Part shown: one piece after another, positions 1 through 12,231 of the stretch
How the letters are laid out: every line of letters begins with the position of its first letter
Numbering within the stretch: position 1 is the first letter of the stretch
NCBI RefSeq assembly: GCF_006345805.1
Contig: NC_042997.1
Span: forward strand, 55,242,001 to 55,306,000
DNA: 64,000 bases
Direction of reading: 5' to 3'
Source of the DNA: Octopus sinensis
Taxonomy: Eukaryota
Made by a program: the position numbers and the translations under genes
Notes under the pieces: model-generated
The model's database searches: none
What the model saw: the letters and a program-made list of their open reading frames with translations, nothing else
What the model was told of the DNA's origin: nothing

Positions 1-189
1 ATGTAACCATTTGTGAATTCCGATAAGATTTAATTTTTTATAAGCTGGAAACCCATTTGCAAGTATATATTTAACGAAAAATACAGGCATACATGCTTAC
101 AGATTAAATTTAATGAAGTTTCTAGAAAGAAAACTGTTCAGAGTATTGGGCTTATGTATACAAATACATAGATGTATATGCATAAGTGT

Positions 190-270
190 GTGTATATATA
201 TGTATATATATATATATATATAATATATATATATATAATATATATATTATATAATATATATATATATATA

Positions 271-310
<40 letters not shown>

Positions 311-486
311 CATACATACAAATATCTATATATATTCTATATATATATATATACATACATAATATATATATATAATATATATATATATACAGAGAAATCA
401 ATATGCATATACATTGTAATAAATGTATATAATCTAATATATATATTTCTATATGAGAATACGTCTGTATACACACACAAACAACA

Positions 487-517
<31 letters not shown>

Positions 518-640
518 AACACATATATATATATATATATATAATATATATATATTAATATGTACATATATGTGTGTATATATATAAACAGGTATATATA
601 TAGCGTTATATATCAGCTTACAATTCAATATCAACTTAAA
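190..640. repeat. Compound (TA)n/(CA)n microsatellite
   Basis: Directly visible; explains the YI/CV-rich ORFs at 172-634. Confidence 0.95.
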
Positions 641-1037
641 TATTAACTCAATAAATGTAGTAGGCTTTGTAGAATTTAATAAACTCTACGAGGAAATCGG
701 TGATAGTGACTTCAAAGTTTAAGCTTGGTAGGATGCATCTCATTATGCTTTACTTGGGTTCTTTTTGATTTTATATAGTTTTTGTAACAAATAGTTTCTG
801 AACAATAACTTTCCCATCTGCTTACACCACACATAAGTATTATTCACATAGTTCTACCTAATCCCCAAAGACTATATAAGTCCCCCACCCCCCAAACAAA
901 CAAACAAAAAACAAATATGAAAGTCTGATGGAGATGAGAATTCGAAGTCATTGTCAACTATTTCCTTGAAGGAGTAAATATATATGTGTAAGGACACGTG
1001 TATGTGCGCGTGCATGTATATACATAAACACATATGT

Positions 1038-1335
1038 GAGAGCGCATAGCCTAGTGGTTAGGATCTACTCGCAATCGCGAAATTGTAGTTTCAGTTACTG
1101 GAATGGGTGGTGCGTTGTCATCTTGTGCAAAACATCTCATTCCACGTCGCCCTGCGATAGCTTAGACACCTGAAGTGTGGTACAACGTGCATCTGTTCAA
1201 GCAGCATTGATTTGGCGGAGATTGTGAGCTAATGTACAGCACATACGTTTGATTAATATAAACAAATCATTTGTACAGGTTGTTCAGCAAGAGATTGCAG
1301 AACTGTCATTCACCGGCTCCAAGAGGACTACCATT
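1038..1335 (+). mobile_element. Old tRNA-derived SINE
   Basis: Head GAGAGCGCATAGCCTAGTGGTTAGG (A-box-like TAGCCTAGTGG) with a decayed B-box; resembles the heads at 10192 and 2954; ends at a TA tract. Confidence 0.6.
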
Positions 1336-1383
1336 ATATATGCACGTATATGTGGATATGTTTGTGTGTGTATATAAATATAT

Positions 1384-1420
<37 letters not shown>

Positions 1421-1759
1421 GCACGTACTTGTGGGTATATTTTGGTGTGTATGTGCGTGTGTGTGTATGTTTACAAATGTACGTGCATACACATACATGT
1501 ATATGTACGTATCACTTGATATACGTTGATTTGCATACAAATTTGTGTACACACACACATACACATAAATATATACATATATATATATATTCATTAATGT
1601 CATTAATGCTTGAATATGAAAATATGTTTAGATTAGTTTATATATATTTAAGAATGTATATATATAACGTATGTATATAGCAAGTTAGTAAGATAGATAT
1701 TAGTTTACATATATACATACACACACACACATATACATATATATATATATATATGTATA

Positions 1760-2615
1760 CGTGGTCTGATCAATAAGTATTCGGACTGTTGCCATAGTAA
1801 CGAGGTTAAAGCATGTAGAGTAAAGCCGTCTGGTGCAGATTGATCTTGAACTCTGCTGTGTATGCGCAGTAAGTTTTAACGTTCTAGCTTACTTCCCCTG
1901 TTTACAGCAGTGCTTGGAAGGAAAGTGTGTAGCATGTGAACTTCGCATTGAATCTGCATCAAATTTTGCCAAAATCTTGGCGGTTCCTGCTCAGAGGCCT
2001 ACGCAAAGTTTTCAAAGATTTTCTTCGTCCTCGATACAATCAAGGAGATCTTGTGCAACTAAAATCCGAGTGTCTTTTTGGTTAGCTGAAAGCAATTTTG
2101 GCAAAAACTTGGCAGACGCGCGTCTCATACCCAAATCTTCAGTGATAATGGACTGAACTGAACCCTAACTAATCTGCACATCCTCTGATAAATCACAGAT
2201 GGTGATTCGACGATTTCTTCTCACAGCTGCACGCACATCCGCGATGTTTTTGTCAGTTCTGTTGATTGTGGGCCTCCTAGAATGTTCGTCAATATCGACA
2301 TTTTCCGACCCATCTTGGAAACCTCCGAACCACTCGTACATTTGTGTGCGACTCATACACTCCTCTCCATACGCTTTCTGCAACTTTGCTTAGGCCTCTG
2401 AGCAAGTATGTTTATGACAACTTTCTCTGTCATGGTCTATGCGACGAACACACGCTACACAACTTCACTGTAAACAGTGAAAGTGAGCTAGAACGTTAAA
2501 ACTCAATGTCCATGCACAGCAGAATTCAAGGTCAATCTGTGCCGAGCGGATTCGCTCTACATACTATAGTTTTGTTTCTAAGGCAACAGTCCGGATACTT
2601 ATTGATCAGCCCTCT
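1760..2615 (-). mobile_element. Non-autonomous mariner with long inverted ends (two 5' ends facing inward)
   Basis: Core TIRs CTGATCAATAAGTAT(T/C)CGGACTGTTGCC at 1766-1793 and 2582-2609, TA on both sides. Minus-strand transposase N-terminus (QKAYGEECMSRTQMYEWF...ITEDLGMRRASAKFLPKLLS...EDEENL). Plus strand 1965-2015 encodes CIKFCQNLGGSCSEAYAK. Confidence 0.9.
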
Positions 2616-2619
2616 TATA

Positions 2620-2954
2620 AAGACCTCCTTCGGTCATGAATGACCATGGGATTGCACCTAGAAAGTTACCCTCCTAGACACAAGTCCGGGCAAGGTTGTT
2701 TTATGGAAGACCAGCAGTCGCCCATGCATACCAGCCTCCCCTCTCCACGCCACCAGTGTTATCCAAGGGAAAGACAAAGGTCGATACAGCTTGGCACCAG
2801 TGACGTCGCAACTCATTTCTACAGCTGAGTGAACTGGAGCAACGTGAAATAAAGTGTCTTGCTCAAGAACACAACACGCAGCCCGGTCCGGGATTCGAGC
2901 TCACAACCTCACGATCGTAAGCTCGACGCTCTAACCACTGAGCCATGCGCCTTC
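2620..2954 (-). mobile_element. Young tRNA-derived SINE, full length
   Basis: Reverse complement begins GAAGGCGCATGGCTCAGTGGTTAGAGCG...GAGCTCGAATCCCGG (A and B boxes); about 5 differences from the copy at 4754-5075. Confidence 0.9.
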
Positions 2955-2987
2955 ACTATATATATATAGCCCTCGTATATATATATA

Positions 2988-3023
<36 letters not shown>

Positions 3024-3028
<5 letters not shown>

Positions 3029-3429
3029 AGATAGGGGTTGAAAAATTCAACCCCCATGGGATAATATATATCCAATATACTGCTAGATAGGTACCCAACA
3101 AGACTAATACATAGATGTTCAAAATTGCCAAACAATCAGTTCATCTATTGTATTATATGGGTAAAGGTAATAATATTACCGTAAATTAATACTACAAAAT
3201 TAGAGAATGGAGAAAAATACTTAAATCAATAAAACATCAACTATCAGATGATACCCAATCAATATTTAATACACCATTACATATCAGTAAAGCATTATAC
3301 AAAATATACAGTATATAATGCTTTACTGATATGTAATGGTGTATTAAAGTATTGATGGGTATCATCTGATAGTTGATGTTTTATTGATTTAAGTAGTTTC
3401 TCCATTCTCTAATTTGTAGTAATATATTA

Positions 3430-3430
<1 letters not shown>
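3024..3430. repeat. (TA)n-flanked repeat with a 9-bp hairpin and a ~110-bp fold-back palindrome
   Basis: GGGGTTGAA-AAA-TTCAACCCC at 3034-3054; arms 3190-3299 and 3314-3421 with a 14-nt spacer. Confidence 0.85.
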
Positions 3431-3467
<37 letters not shown>

Positions 3468-3679
3468 GGATAAAATTTTTTCCCAAAATTCCATCAAATT
3501 GCCCACCATATTAAAATACCTTTCAAGGTGAAATTATAAACAATTATAAATAAGGGCAAAAGAAAAAAAGATTTCTATGCTAATATGCTGAGAATGGACT
3601 TTAAATCGTCAATCACGTTTTAAAGTTTATTCTCACCATACTGGCATAGAAATTTATTTTCTTTTGTCCTTGTTATAAT

Positions 3680-3719
<40 letters not shown>

Positions 3720-4529
3720 CCACACTCACATATGAATACAGATATCGAGTTTCTAATGCGTCTATGATATTCTATACATTCAAAATTACATAACTCAGCC
3801 CCAAGCACACACACACACGCACACACATACAGACCCACACACACACATCGCACGCTCGCACGCACACGCACACGCACACGCATGCATGCAAGCTCTTGCG
3901 ATAGCGATGGAGGGCACCACAAGATCATCTAGTAGTATTTGGACTTTAGATTATACTCTAGATAACCAAATATGTAGGAGAAGGATACTTTGATGTAAAA
4001 ATCGAAGATCTCTTAGCTTTTGGACGGAAAGGAAGGAAAGAAGGAAGGAAGGAAAGAAAGAATTTTTTGCTGTCTGAGAAATGAGTGTATCCCTGATTTC
4101 ACTCTCAGTAACATATTCCACGCATAGGAATCTTTTGGAAAACACATCATGGCTGTACAAATTCCCGCGACGATGGAAAGTAGAGAAACAAATAAGCTTG
4201 ACTAGTTTGAAGCGTGTAAATCCAAATCTGCATATAGGTGGCTTTGGCAGTAGGTAACTGTTATATTAAACCAAGGCAATAGAGAGATTCGGTACCTCTT
4301 AGTTTGACTGAGAAACCTCTTTTTGAGGTTAGCATTGCTGACCAGTACTCAGTAATTTTCTGGTAAAGATGGTCTAAACAAAACTTACCAAATTCTGTAA
4401 CCCATCGACTTTCGGCAGTTTTATCATTGCGGGTTGCCATGGTAAATATACCCCAAATTTTTAATATACTAAGTACTGGCGCGAATTGACTTCCATTATT
4501 ACATACAAGCATAATACATATATGCATAC

Positions 4530-4671
4530 ATACTACATACATACTACATACATACATACATACATACATACATACATACATACATCTACATGCATGCACG
4601 TATGTATGTATGTATAATGTATGCAAGCATGTGTGCATATATATAATATATATATATATATAATATATTAT

Positions 4672-4702
<31 letters not shown>

Positions 4703-4742
4703 CTATATATATATATATATATACAATTATACATATATATAC
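4530..4742. repeat. (CATA)n/(TA)n microsatellite
   Basis: Directly visible. Confidence 0.95.
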
Positions 4743-4753
4743 ATCTAAGGGGT

Positions 4754-5075
4754 AAAGACCCCCTTCGGTCATGAATGACCATGGGATTGCACCTAGAAAG
4801 TTACCCTCCTAGACACAAGTCCGGGCAAGGTTGTTTATGGAAGACCAGCAGTCGCCCATGCATACAAGCCTCCCCTCTCCACGCCACCAGTGTTATCCAA
4901 GGGAAAGACAAAGGTCGATACAGCTTGGCACCAGTGACGTCGCAACTCATTTCTACAGCTGAGTGAACTGGAGCAACGTGAAATAAAATGCCTTGCTCAA
5001 GAACACAACACGCAGCCCGGTCCGGGATTCGAGCTCACAACCTCACGATCGTAAGCTCGACGCTCTAACCACTGA
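4754..5075 (-). mobile_element. Young tRNA-derived SINE, same family as 2620-2954, missing ~12 nt of the 5' end
   Basis: Near-identical to 2620-2942. Confidence 0.9.
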
Positions 5076-5614
5076 TATACATATATATATATATACATTG
5101 TGGAATGAAATATGTAAAAAGAGGTATATTCAAGATTAAGTATCCTGATAGTGAAATCCTTCCATCTTATTCACATAGAGTACCCACCCACTCAGGTAGA
5201 TAAACAAAATGTGTTTTTCGTTTCCAAGAAGTGTGACATCTCTTACCTTGTCAGCCACTGCCGTTCACTCTCAATTTCAAAATCATAAAGATGATAGAGA
5301 CAGTGGGAAATGACATCTTTTATCACTTTAAGTCATTCGCTCTACTCAGTGACCGCTTTTATGAATGAGTCGACTTTATGGTAATTAAGCTTATTCCGGT
5401 ATTGATATTAATATATTTATTAGGCATTGCCCTTGATCAACGTATATTCTATGTAATAAATTATTATCAAATAATAGACCAAATTCATGTGATATTAAAT
5501 AATGCTAATATTGATTTCTTTTAATAAAGCGTAAAGCCAATTTTGGTAAATGAGGTTTATTGATGATTGAAACTGATATCAATATAATACTGGTGATTGA
5601 AACTGACATGAACC

Positions 5615-5720
5615 AACGAGAAAGTCACCAAGTGGTTATTTGTTCTGCTAGAAATAACACTCAAATATCCCTCAAATCTATCTCTACCGTCATATATAAA
5701 ACAAGATTACATTGAATAAT
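5615..5720 (+). repeat. Ancient dispersed repeat (GCTAGAAATAGCAGCCAAAT-type family)
   Basis: Shared motif TGCTAGAAATA...CAAAT...TCAAAT...AATGTA/GTC also at ~9610, 31180 and 44090, and reversed at 30850, 31950 and 45550. Confidence 0.55.
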
Positions 5721-7124
5721 GTGATACTGGGAAAAGGCGAGACGCTCAATGCTGGAGTACCCGTGGTTGTAGATGCGCTTGTTTGTGTCAGAGTTAATTC
5801 AGACTTAACAGCTGCATTATTGAGAACAATATCAGCTTTTGGTTCCAGAAAACAAGAGAAGTCCGTGTTAATATGCGATGTATTTGAACCCAGAAATGTG
5901 AGGTTAAAATTATATATCTATCCTCGATTTGCAATAAGACCGTGAATTCTCACGAATAACGAGCAAGTCACGAGAAATGGCAATGTTTTTATATATAGTT
6001 TACTGTCTTATTAATCTATAGTCATATTTCAGCAGAAATACTAAGTAGATCTAGATCAGGTTTAATCAAATAGATCTGTGTTCAAAAGCGTTGCAACCGT
6101 AATCATTTCAATCTACAATTAATGTATGCAAAAATACATTGTGATCTTTCTTTTCTAAGATTGTTGAGTATGACTGAAGGTAATTTGGATGGTGTTTCAG
6201 GCAGATTTAGCGATAGATAAGACTATCTCTGGAGATGATAGAATACGTACCAATTTTATGAAATGTTGTTATGGAACGCCGGTAAGCAATCTTCATATAC
6301 CATATGATGTACATTTGGTTGGGGACCCAGAATGAACGGGTTTACCGTATAGATGATGGTGCTGTATGACCGCTTAGGTACGTTGTGTTTTCGCCATTTC
6401 GCCAATATCCATTGAGTTACTATATACTTGTATACTTATATAGGAATATATAAATAGTAATGAATACTAGCGGGATACGTGAATATTTCATGGAATTAAT
6501 GGTAAACCTATTGGGTTACTTCTGAAAGTTTATCAAAATACCTGAAAACGTAGCCTGTGTTCTGTCTGTATGGAAACAGTCGCTCATCTGCTACTCAATG
6601 AAGAGTAAAAGAAATTGGAATACGACGATTACTTAATGCACTTTATATATACACTTCATATAATTTATGCTCAATTTTATAGACTTAATACACAGCACTC
6701 ATAAAATAAATATTCACTCTTATTTTTCCCTTTTTTCCATAAAAAATATCCCGTATATATGATACAACCTTTAGTTAAATTGCATATATCTGCCACATAA
6801 ATAACCATGAATATTTCACGGAAGTGCACTTATGCGCATGCATTAAGTGATAGGTGATATAAAAAACTTAGTTCACTATCCAATTACCACCGCTACCTCT
6901 GCCACCTATTTTATCTTCAGTTTCTTTTACTGTTTTCAGTTATTTGACCGAAGCCATATTAGACACCGTCTTTGAAAGGACTCCGATGCTTGTTTTAGCC
7001 TGTTACTTATTTTCTATTTATCTACTGAGAGGCTAAGTTGCCTTTTTGACTGCACACAGTATTTTAACTGGTGGTGTGATAATACAAATACGAATACAGT
7101 CACAGCCACACATATTAATATGTT

Positions 7125-7128
7125 TAAC

Positions 7129-7192
<64 letters not shown>

Positions 7193-7197
7193 GTATG

Positions 7198-7231
<34 letters not shown>

Positions 7232-7256
7232 TGTATGTATGTATGTATCTATCTAT
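7125..7256. repeat. (TA)n/(TATG)n microsatellite
   Basis: Directly visible. Confidence 0.95.
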
Positions 7257-7980
7257 AGGATGGTTTCTGTCTAATAAATAGCGCGTTACTTTGTGATAGT
7301 TTGTTAATTATATCGTTCATGCTTCCTTCAAATTTGTTTATTTTCACTCCTCGAGTGCAATGTATTTACTAAAGCATATATCTATTAGAAGGACCCCAGC
7401 TAAATCTCTTTTATATTATACTCTACTATACTGGATGATAGATTTGATTTGTCCTCAAATTTACCACCACGACCTGAATGCCTTTGGAATTCACTTTGTT
7501 ACAAGTATTCGGGACAGGTTGCATATTTAAGCATAAACATTTCTTCCCACTGGTCTCAGATACTCAAAAAATAATCACGGGGCTGTCCTTCCGCTTTTGG
7601 TTAAGCCCTTAAGGAATACAAATCTGAAAAATAAAAGAGACAGAATATCCACGGCTGAAGCGCCCTCGGCGTATTTCTGTTTGATCTGTTATCCTATGTA
7701 GTTTATTTAGTCATAAAACAACTCTGAAAACCCATGGGATAATTTCTTCATTCCTGACATTAAAATTGTTATTTGAGCTATACATTATACATAAATATTT
7801 TTAAAATATCGATGATTATGTACTAATATCTACTACAGTATCATGTGGTATATTATTCATATTAGTTTACGAAAGATATTTGCTTAGTCTATAAGTATAG
7901 ATTGTAATGAAACACTCCATTTTGGGGCTCGACCAGCTAGACATTTTAGTCTCATCTTATCATCTCTTAAGAAAGGACAT

Positions 7981-8382
7981 ATTCTTTTCTACTCTAGGCA
8001 CAGGGCACGAAATTTTGGATGGGAGGGCCTAGTCGATTAGATCGACCCCAGTAAGTAACTAGTACTTAAATTATCGACCCTTGAAAGAATGAAAGGCAAA
8101 GTCGACCTTGCCGTAAGTTGGACTCAGAACGTAGCGGCAGACGAAATACCTATTTCTTTACTATCCATAAGGGGCTAAACACAGAGATGACAAACAAGGA
8201 CAGACAAACGGATTGAGTCGATCATATTGACCCCAGTGCGTAACTGGTACTTAATTTATCGACCCCGAAAGGATGAAAGGCAAAGTCGACCTCGGCAGAA
8301 TTTGAACTCAGAACGTAACGGCAGATGAAATACGGGTACGCATTTCGCCCGGCGTGCTAACGTTTCTGCCAGCTTGCCGCCT
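7981..8382 (-). mobile_element. Tandem/dimeric SINE (GGCGGCGAGCTGGCAGAAACGTTAGCACG family)
   Basis: Full copy at 8151-8382 plus a headless second body at 7981-8150 with a different tail; both contain GAAAGGATGAAAGGCAAAGTCGACC-like cores. Confidence 0.85.
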
Positions 8383-9589
8383 TTAAGACAAGGAGACATT
8401 GCTAAAGTAATTCTAGATATATTACCAGAAAATTAGACAGGATGGTCCTGGCAGAAGTGCATTGATCATAGAACTGCTGAAGAGGAGTTATCCTAGGGCT
8501 AAACAAAAATTTTGTAAAACCAGTTTTCATTTCAATACAAAACTGTGATTGCGGCTCGATCTTCTCACATTTTTGCTGATAGCAAGAAAGAAATTATGCG
8601 GATACAGGGGGTATACATACTTCAATGGAAAAAGAAAATGTTTATTTTAGTGTTTTTCTATTTATTTATTGGATCTTACTGAGCTTTGTATTTCATTTTG
8701 GTCTTGTGATTAGGAAATGCATGCTGATTAAACGTTTTTTGAGAAGTTACGCTGCAAAGCTCAATATCGAAACCCCTAACCTGATGGCTAGAGTTCGGTG
8801 TTAATGTCATGCATTTGACATTAGTACTTAAGGGAGTAGTTTTTAATTTGTCGAATTAGCAACAATAACAGATCAAGTGAACAGAATTACCTTTTTGTAA
8901 CGTTGAAAATGTATCCAATATGAATAATCATTTGGTTAATATATAAAACAACAATTAAAAGCTTTTAGGATACGGTAAATAGGAAAATTCCCCGTGTGGT
9001 TTAACGGAACATTTATCTAATTATTACTTGCTTTGGTTCGTAACCCCTGCCACATTTAATTTACGATTAGATAAATTGCATGTAGATTGCGATCGGTCAA
9101 CATGAATTCAACTGCATATTAACATATGCTCCTTACTGATTGGTGACATTTAAGGCCTTTAGTTCATTGACTACATAGAAAAGGTTTCACCACAAGTGAA
9201 ATATAGTTGTTTAGTCAACAGTTCCATTGTATCTTACTCCTCTGAGAATCGTCGGCAGTATCAATTCGACGCCTCTGTTGCATCTTAATTTCCTGGAAAT
9301 ATTACTAATAAACGCTTTTTTTTTCATATGAAATAATATAACACCGCTCGTCTGATTTCCAAATCGCGCAAATTTAGAGGAGAAACACAATTAGATTGGA
9401 TATTAGTCGTTATAATCATTTTTGATTATTTCAAAGCAGAATTTGCTTTGTCATCTGAGACAGTTTTGTTAGACTTTCGTCAAAGCTCCTTAGCTCACAA
9501 AGGGTCTCAACTTGAAGGGGATTTTACATTATTATGTAATTCTGTCAATCAAATAATGTTAACACGATACGCGATCCAACGAGAAAGCC

Positions 9590-10170
9590 ATTTATGCGGT
9601 CGCTCGATCAGCTAGAAATAGTAGCCGTCTTAAAATGCAAGGACATGTTCAAGAATGTAGGTCTAATTGTACAAAACAAAAATAATGGCAGAAATGCATT
9701 TAAGTATAGGTTTGCTGTTTTGTGATGACAAAACAATAGCAGTAATCCAATGGTCATGTTAACGTGAGGATCTTCTAAGTGGTCTCTCGATCAGCTGTCT
9801 TTCTTGAATCACACTGTATCGTCTTGACAAGTGGAAGAGACAATGGATATCATGGTTCAGAATGTATAAAAAGATAGGCTTGTTACTCTGTAATACCCTT
9901 GACCTAGGTCTGCCTGATCAAAAGGCTGACCAGAGGCTAAACAGGGCAACAACTTGAAAGTAAGGAGTCCTTACATGCTTAATCAACCTGCTAAAAACAT
10001 AGTCAAACTCGTTTGAACCACAATCTGTCGTCTAAAATAAGTAAGGGATATTTTAAAGTAGTCCTATAGACTATTCAATATATAAGATGGTCCTAATTGC
10101 ATTGCCTTTGAACATAGGTCTATTCGACAAACTGAACTTGCGGTTAAACAACAATAGCAACAACAACAAA
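9590..10170 (+). repeat. Three consecutive decayed copies of the ancient repeat family
   Basis: Starts at ~9595 (GCGGTCGCTCGATCAGCTAGAAATAG), ~9778 (GTGGTCTCTCGATCAGCTG) and ~9972 (CATGCTTAATCAACCTGCTAAAAAC); copies 2 and 3 end in AAAC/AAC tails. Confidence 0.5.
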
Positions 10171-10191
10171 ATCAACAGCAGTAACAGTGGA

Positions 10192-10685
10192 GGCGCAATG
10201 GCTCAGTGGTTAGGGCAGCGGACTCGCGGTCGTAAGAACGCGGTTTCGATTCCCAGACCAGGCATTGTGAGTGATTATTGAGCAAAAGCACCTAAGCTCC
10301 ACAAGGCTCCGGTGGAGGTATGGGGGTGAACCCCGCTGTACTCTTACACCACAACTTTCTCTCATTCTTTTTTCCTATTTCTGCCACAAAGCAGAGGAAC
10401 CATGGTGTAACCCACTATGGCGTGGTAAACTTTCAGACCCTAGTCTAGATTGCGAATCCTCTGTATCCCAGGATGTTTCAGCTCTCCACCCGTTAAAAGC
10501 CACTGTTTACGGAATGAGGATAACAACGTAGATTTCGCGCCCGTGCAACCGCCAGTCTATCGCGTGTGGTGGATGGATCTTCAAGTTGCAACACGCATTC
10601 TTAGTAGCTTAGAGTAGGCTCGAATTAGAAATTATTCTTTGTGGCTAATGGCGTGGGTCCTGATTGAAAGAAGAAGAAGAGAGCA
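10192..10685 (+). mobile_element. Long (~490 bp) tRNA-derived SINE with a (GAA)n tail
   Basis: GGCGCAATGGCTCAGTGGTTAGGGCAGCGGACTCGCGGTCGTAAGAACGCGGTTTCGATTCCCAGACC: clear A box and B box; ends GAAAGAAGAAGAAGA. Confidence 0.8.
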
Positions 10686-10828
10686 GCAACAGTAACCACA
10701 ACAAAAACAAAAAAATGTCAAAGCAGTTAATTTCAAATATAATTAACTTATATTAATTAGATCAGTATTGTTTTTCCCATTCACTATTTTTACTAATATT
10801 TAAACATGTTCCCCAAAAGAATCTTTCT

Positions 10829-11058
10829 TATTTCTGTATTGCCCACAAGGGGCTAAACATAGAGGGGACAAATACGGACAGACAAGGGGATTAAGTCGAT
10901 TACATTGACCCAGTGCGTTACTGGTACTTAATTTATCGACCCCGAAAGGATGAAAGGCAAAGTCGACCTCGGCGGAATTTGAACTCAGAACGTAAAGACA
11001 GACGAAAAACTGCTAATCATTTCGCCCAGCGTGCTAACGTTTCTGCTAGTTCGCCGCC
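10829..11058 (-). mobile_element. SINE (GGCGGCG family) with a 16-18 bp target-site duplication
   Basis: CCCCAAAAGAATCTTTCT at 10811-10828 and 11057-11074 flanks a full copy. Confidence 0.95.
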
Positions 11059-11429
11059 CCAAAAGAATCTTTCTGATTAGATTATCACAGAAAAAAAAAA
11101 AAAGATTAAGTTGAATTAATCAGCAACAAGAGAGGGAAGAAAATATTATATGGTGTAGGCGTTAGGTTGAAGTTAATAACATGAGCATAAAAATATCGGG
11201 AGAAGATATTCCTACAACACGGGTGGCCGTTTAATTACTGATGTAACGTTACACAATATTTAAGGTACGGAACGAATTTCATATAAATGAATAATAGATA
11301 AAACTGATATTTTGAATTTCATAAATCTGCAGGTGTCTTTAATCAATAAAAAACATTTTCCCTTCACTTTCAATTGATGAATTGATTTTAGCTACCAAGC
11401 CATCGATGAAAATATATACGTGCTCATGT

Positions 11430-11811
11430 TCATGCGCGCACACACGCACACACACACACACACACACGTACACACACACACACACACACCACACACACAC
11501 ACCACACACACACACACACACACATTAATGCTTGTTTTTATGTTCAGTTATAATTAATCTGATGGGTTACTCTTCGCTTTTGTAGAGAATGTTGTTGAGG
11601 CCTGCTCAACGACGATGGCTTAGCTGTTCGACACTTCGAAGTCACTGTCAACAACATACTTATAATATCTATCTATCTATCTATAATATATATATATATA
11701 TACATTTACATACACACACGTATACACACACAGACACATACACTCACAATATATATAGGATATATATATATATATATATGTATACACACACACACATATA
11801 TATATATATAT

Positions 11812-11850
<39 letters not shown>
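11430..11850. repeat. (CA)n and (TA)n/(GT)n microsatellites
   Basis: Directly visible. Confidence 0.9.
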
Positions 11851-11851
11851 A

Positions 11852-12110
11852 GTTCAAATTTACAGAAAAGAAAAGACGAAGACAGGTGTAGGAACAACAA
11901 GTAGGTGTATTAGTTTAACGCTTGGGAAAAATGGAAAAGTCTTTAGCGTTTCGAGCCTACGCTCTTTGGCAGAAAGGAATAAGAGGAAAAATGGAGAGAG
12001 AATGAATAAAAACGGAGAAAGAAAAACTGTGTAGAGTTCAGCGGTCCAACCTGGCGAGATGACTGGGAAAGAAAGAGGCTGAATAAAAGAGAGATAATAA
12101 TAAAAAGAGG
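11852..12110 (-). mobile_element. Penelope-like terminal fragment with a degenerate hammerhead-like motif (11941-11976)
   Basis: Homologous in reverse to 26650-26790; reverse complement CTTT-CTGCCAA-A-GAGC GTAG GCTC-GAAACGCT-AAAG. Confidence 0.6.
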
Positions 12111-12162
12111 TTGAAGAAAGGGGCATACCTATAAATACTTACATACGAGGAGAGAGATAGAG

Positions 12163-12189
12163 AGGTGAGAGAGAGAAAGAAAGAGAGAC

Positions 12190-12231
<42 letters not shown>

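Noticed and set aside
6201-6281. Possible 81-nt exon (AG...ADLAIDKTISGDDRIRTNFMKCCYGTP...GTAAGC)
   Set aside because: Weak polypyrimidine tract, acceptor lies in an old repeat, peptide not recognised; needs RNA-seq.
1038-10270. tRNA genes at the tRNA-like heads (1038, 2954, 5075, 10192)
   Set aside because: They continue into SINE bodies and lack a full cloverleaf and pol III terminator.
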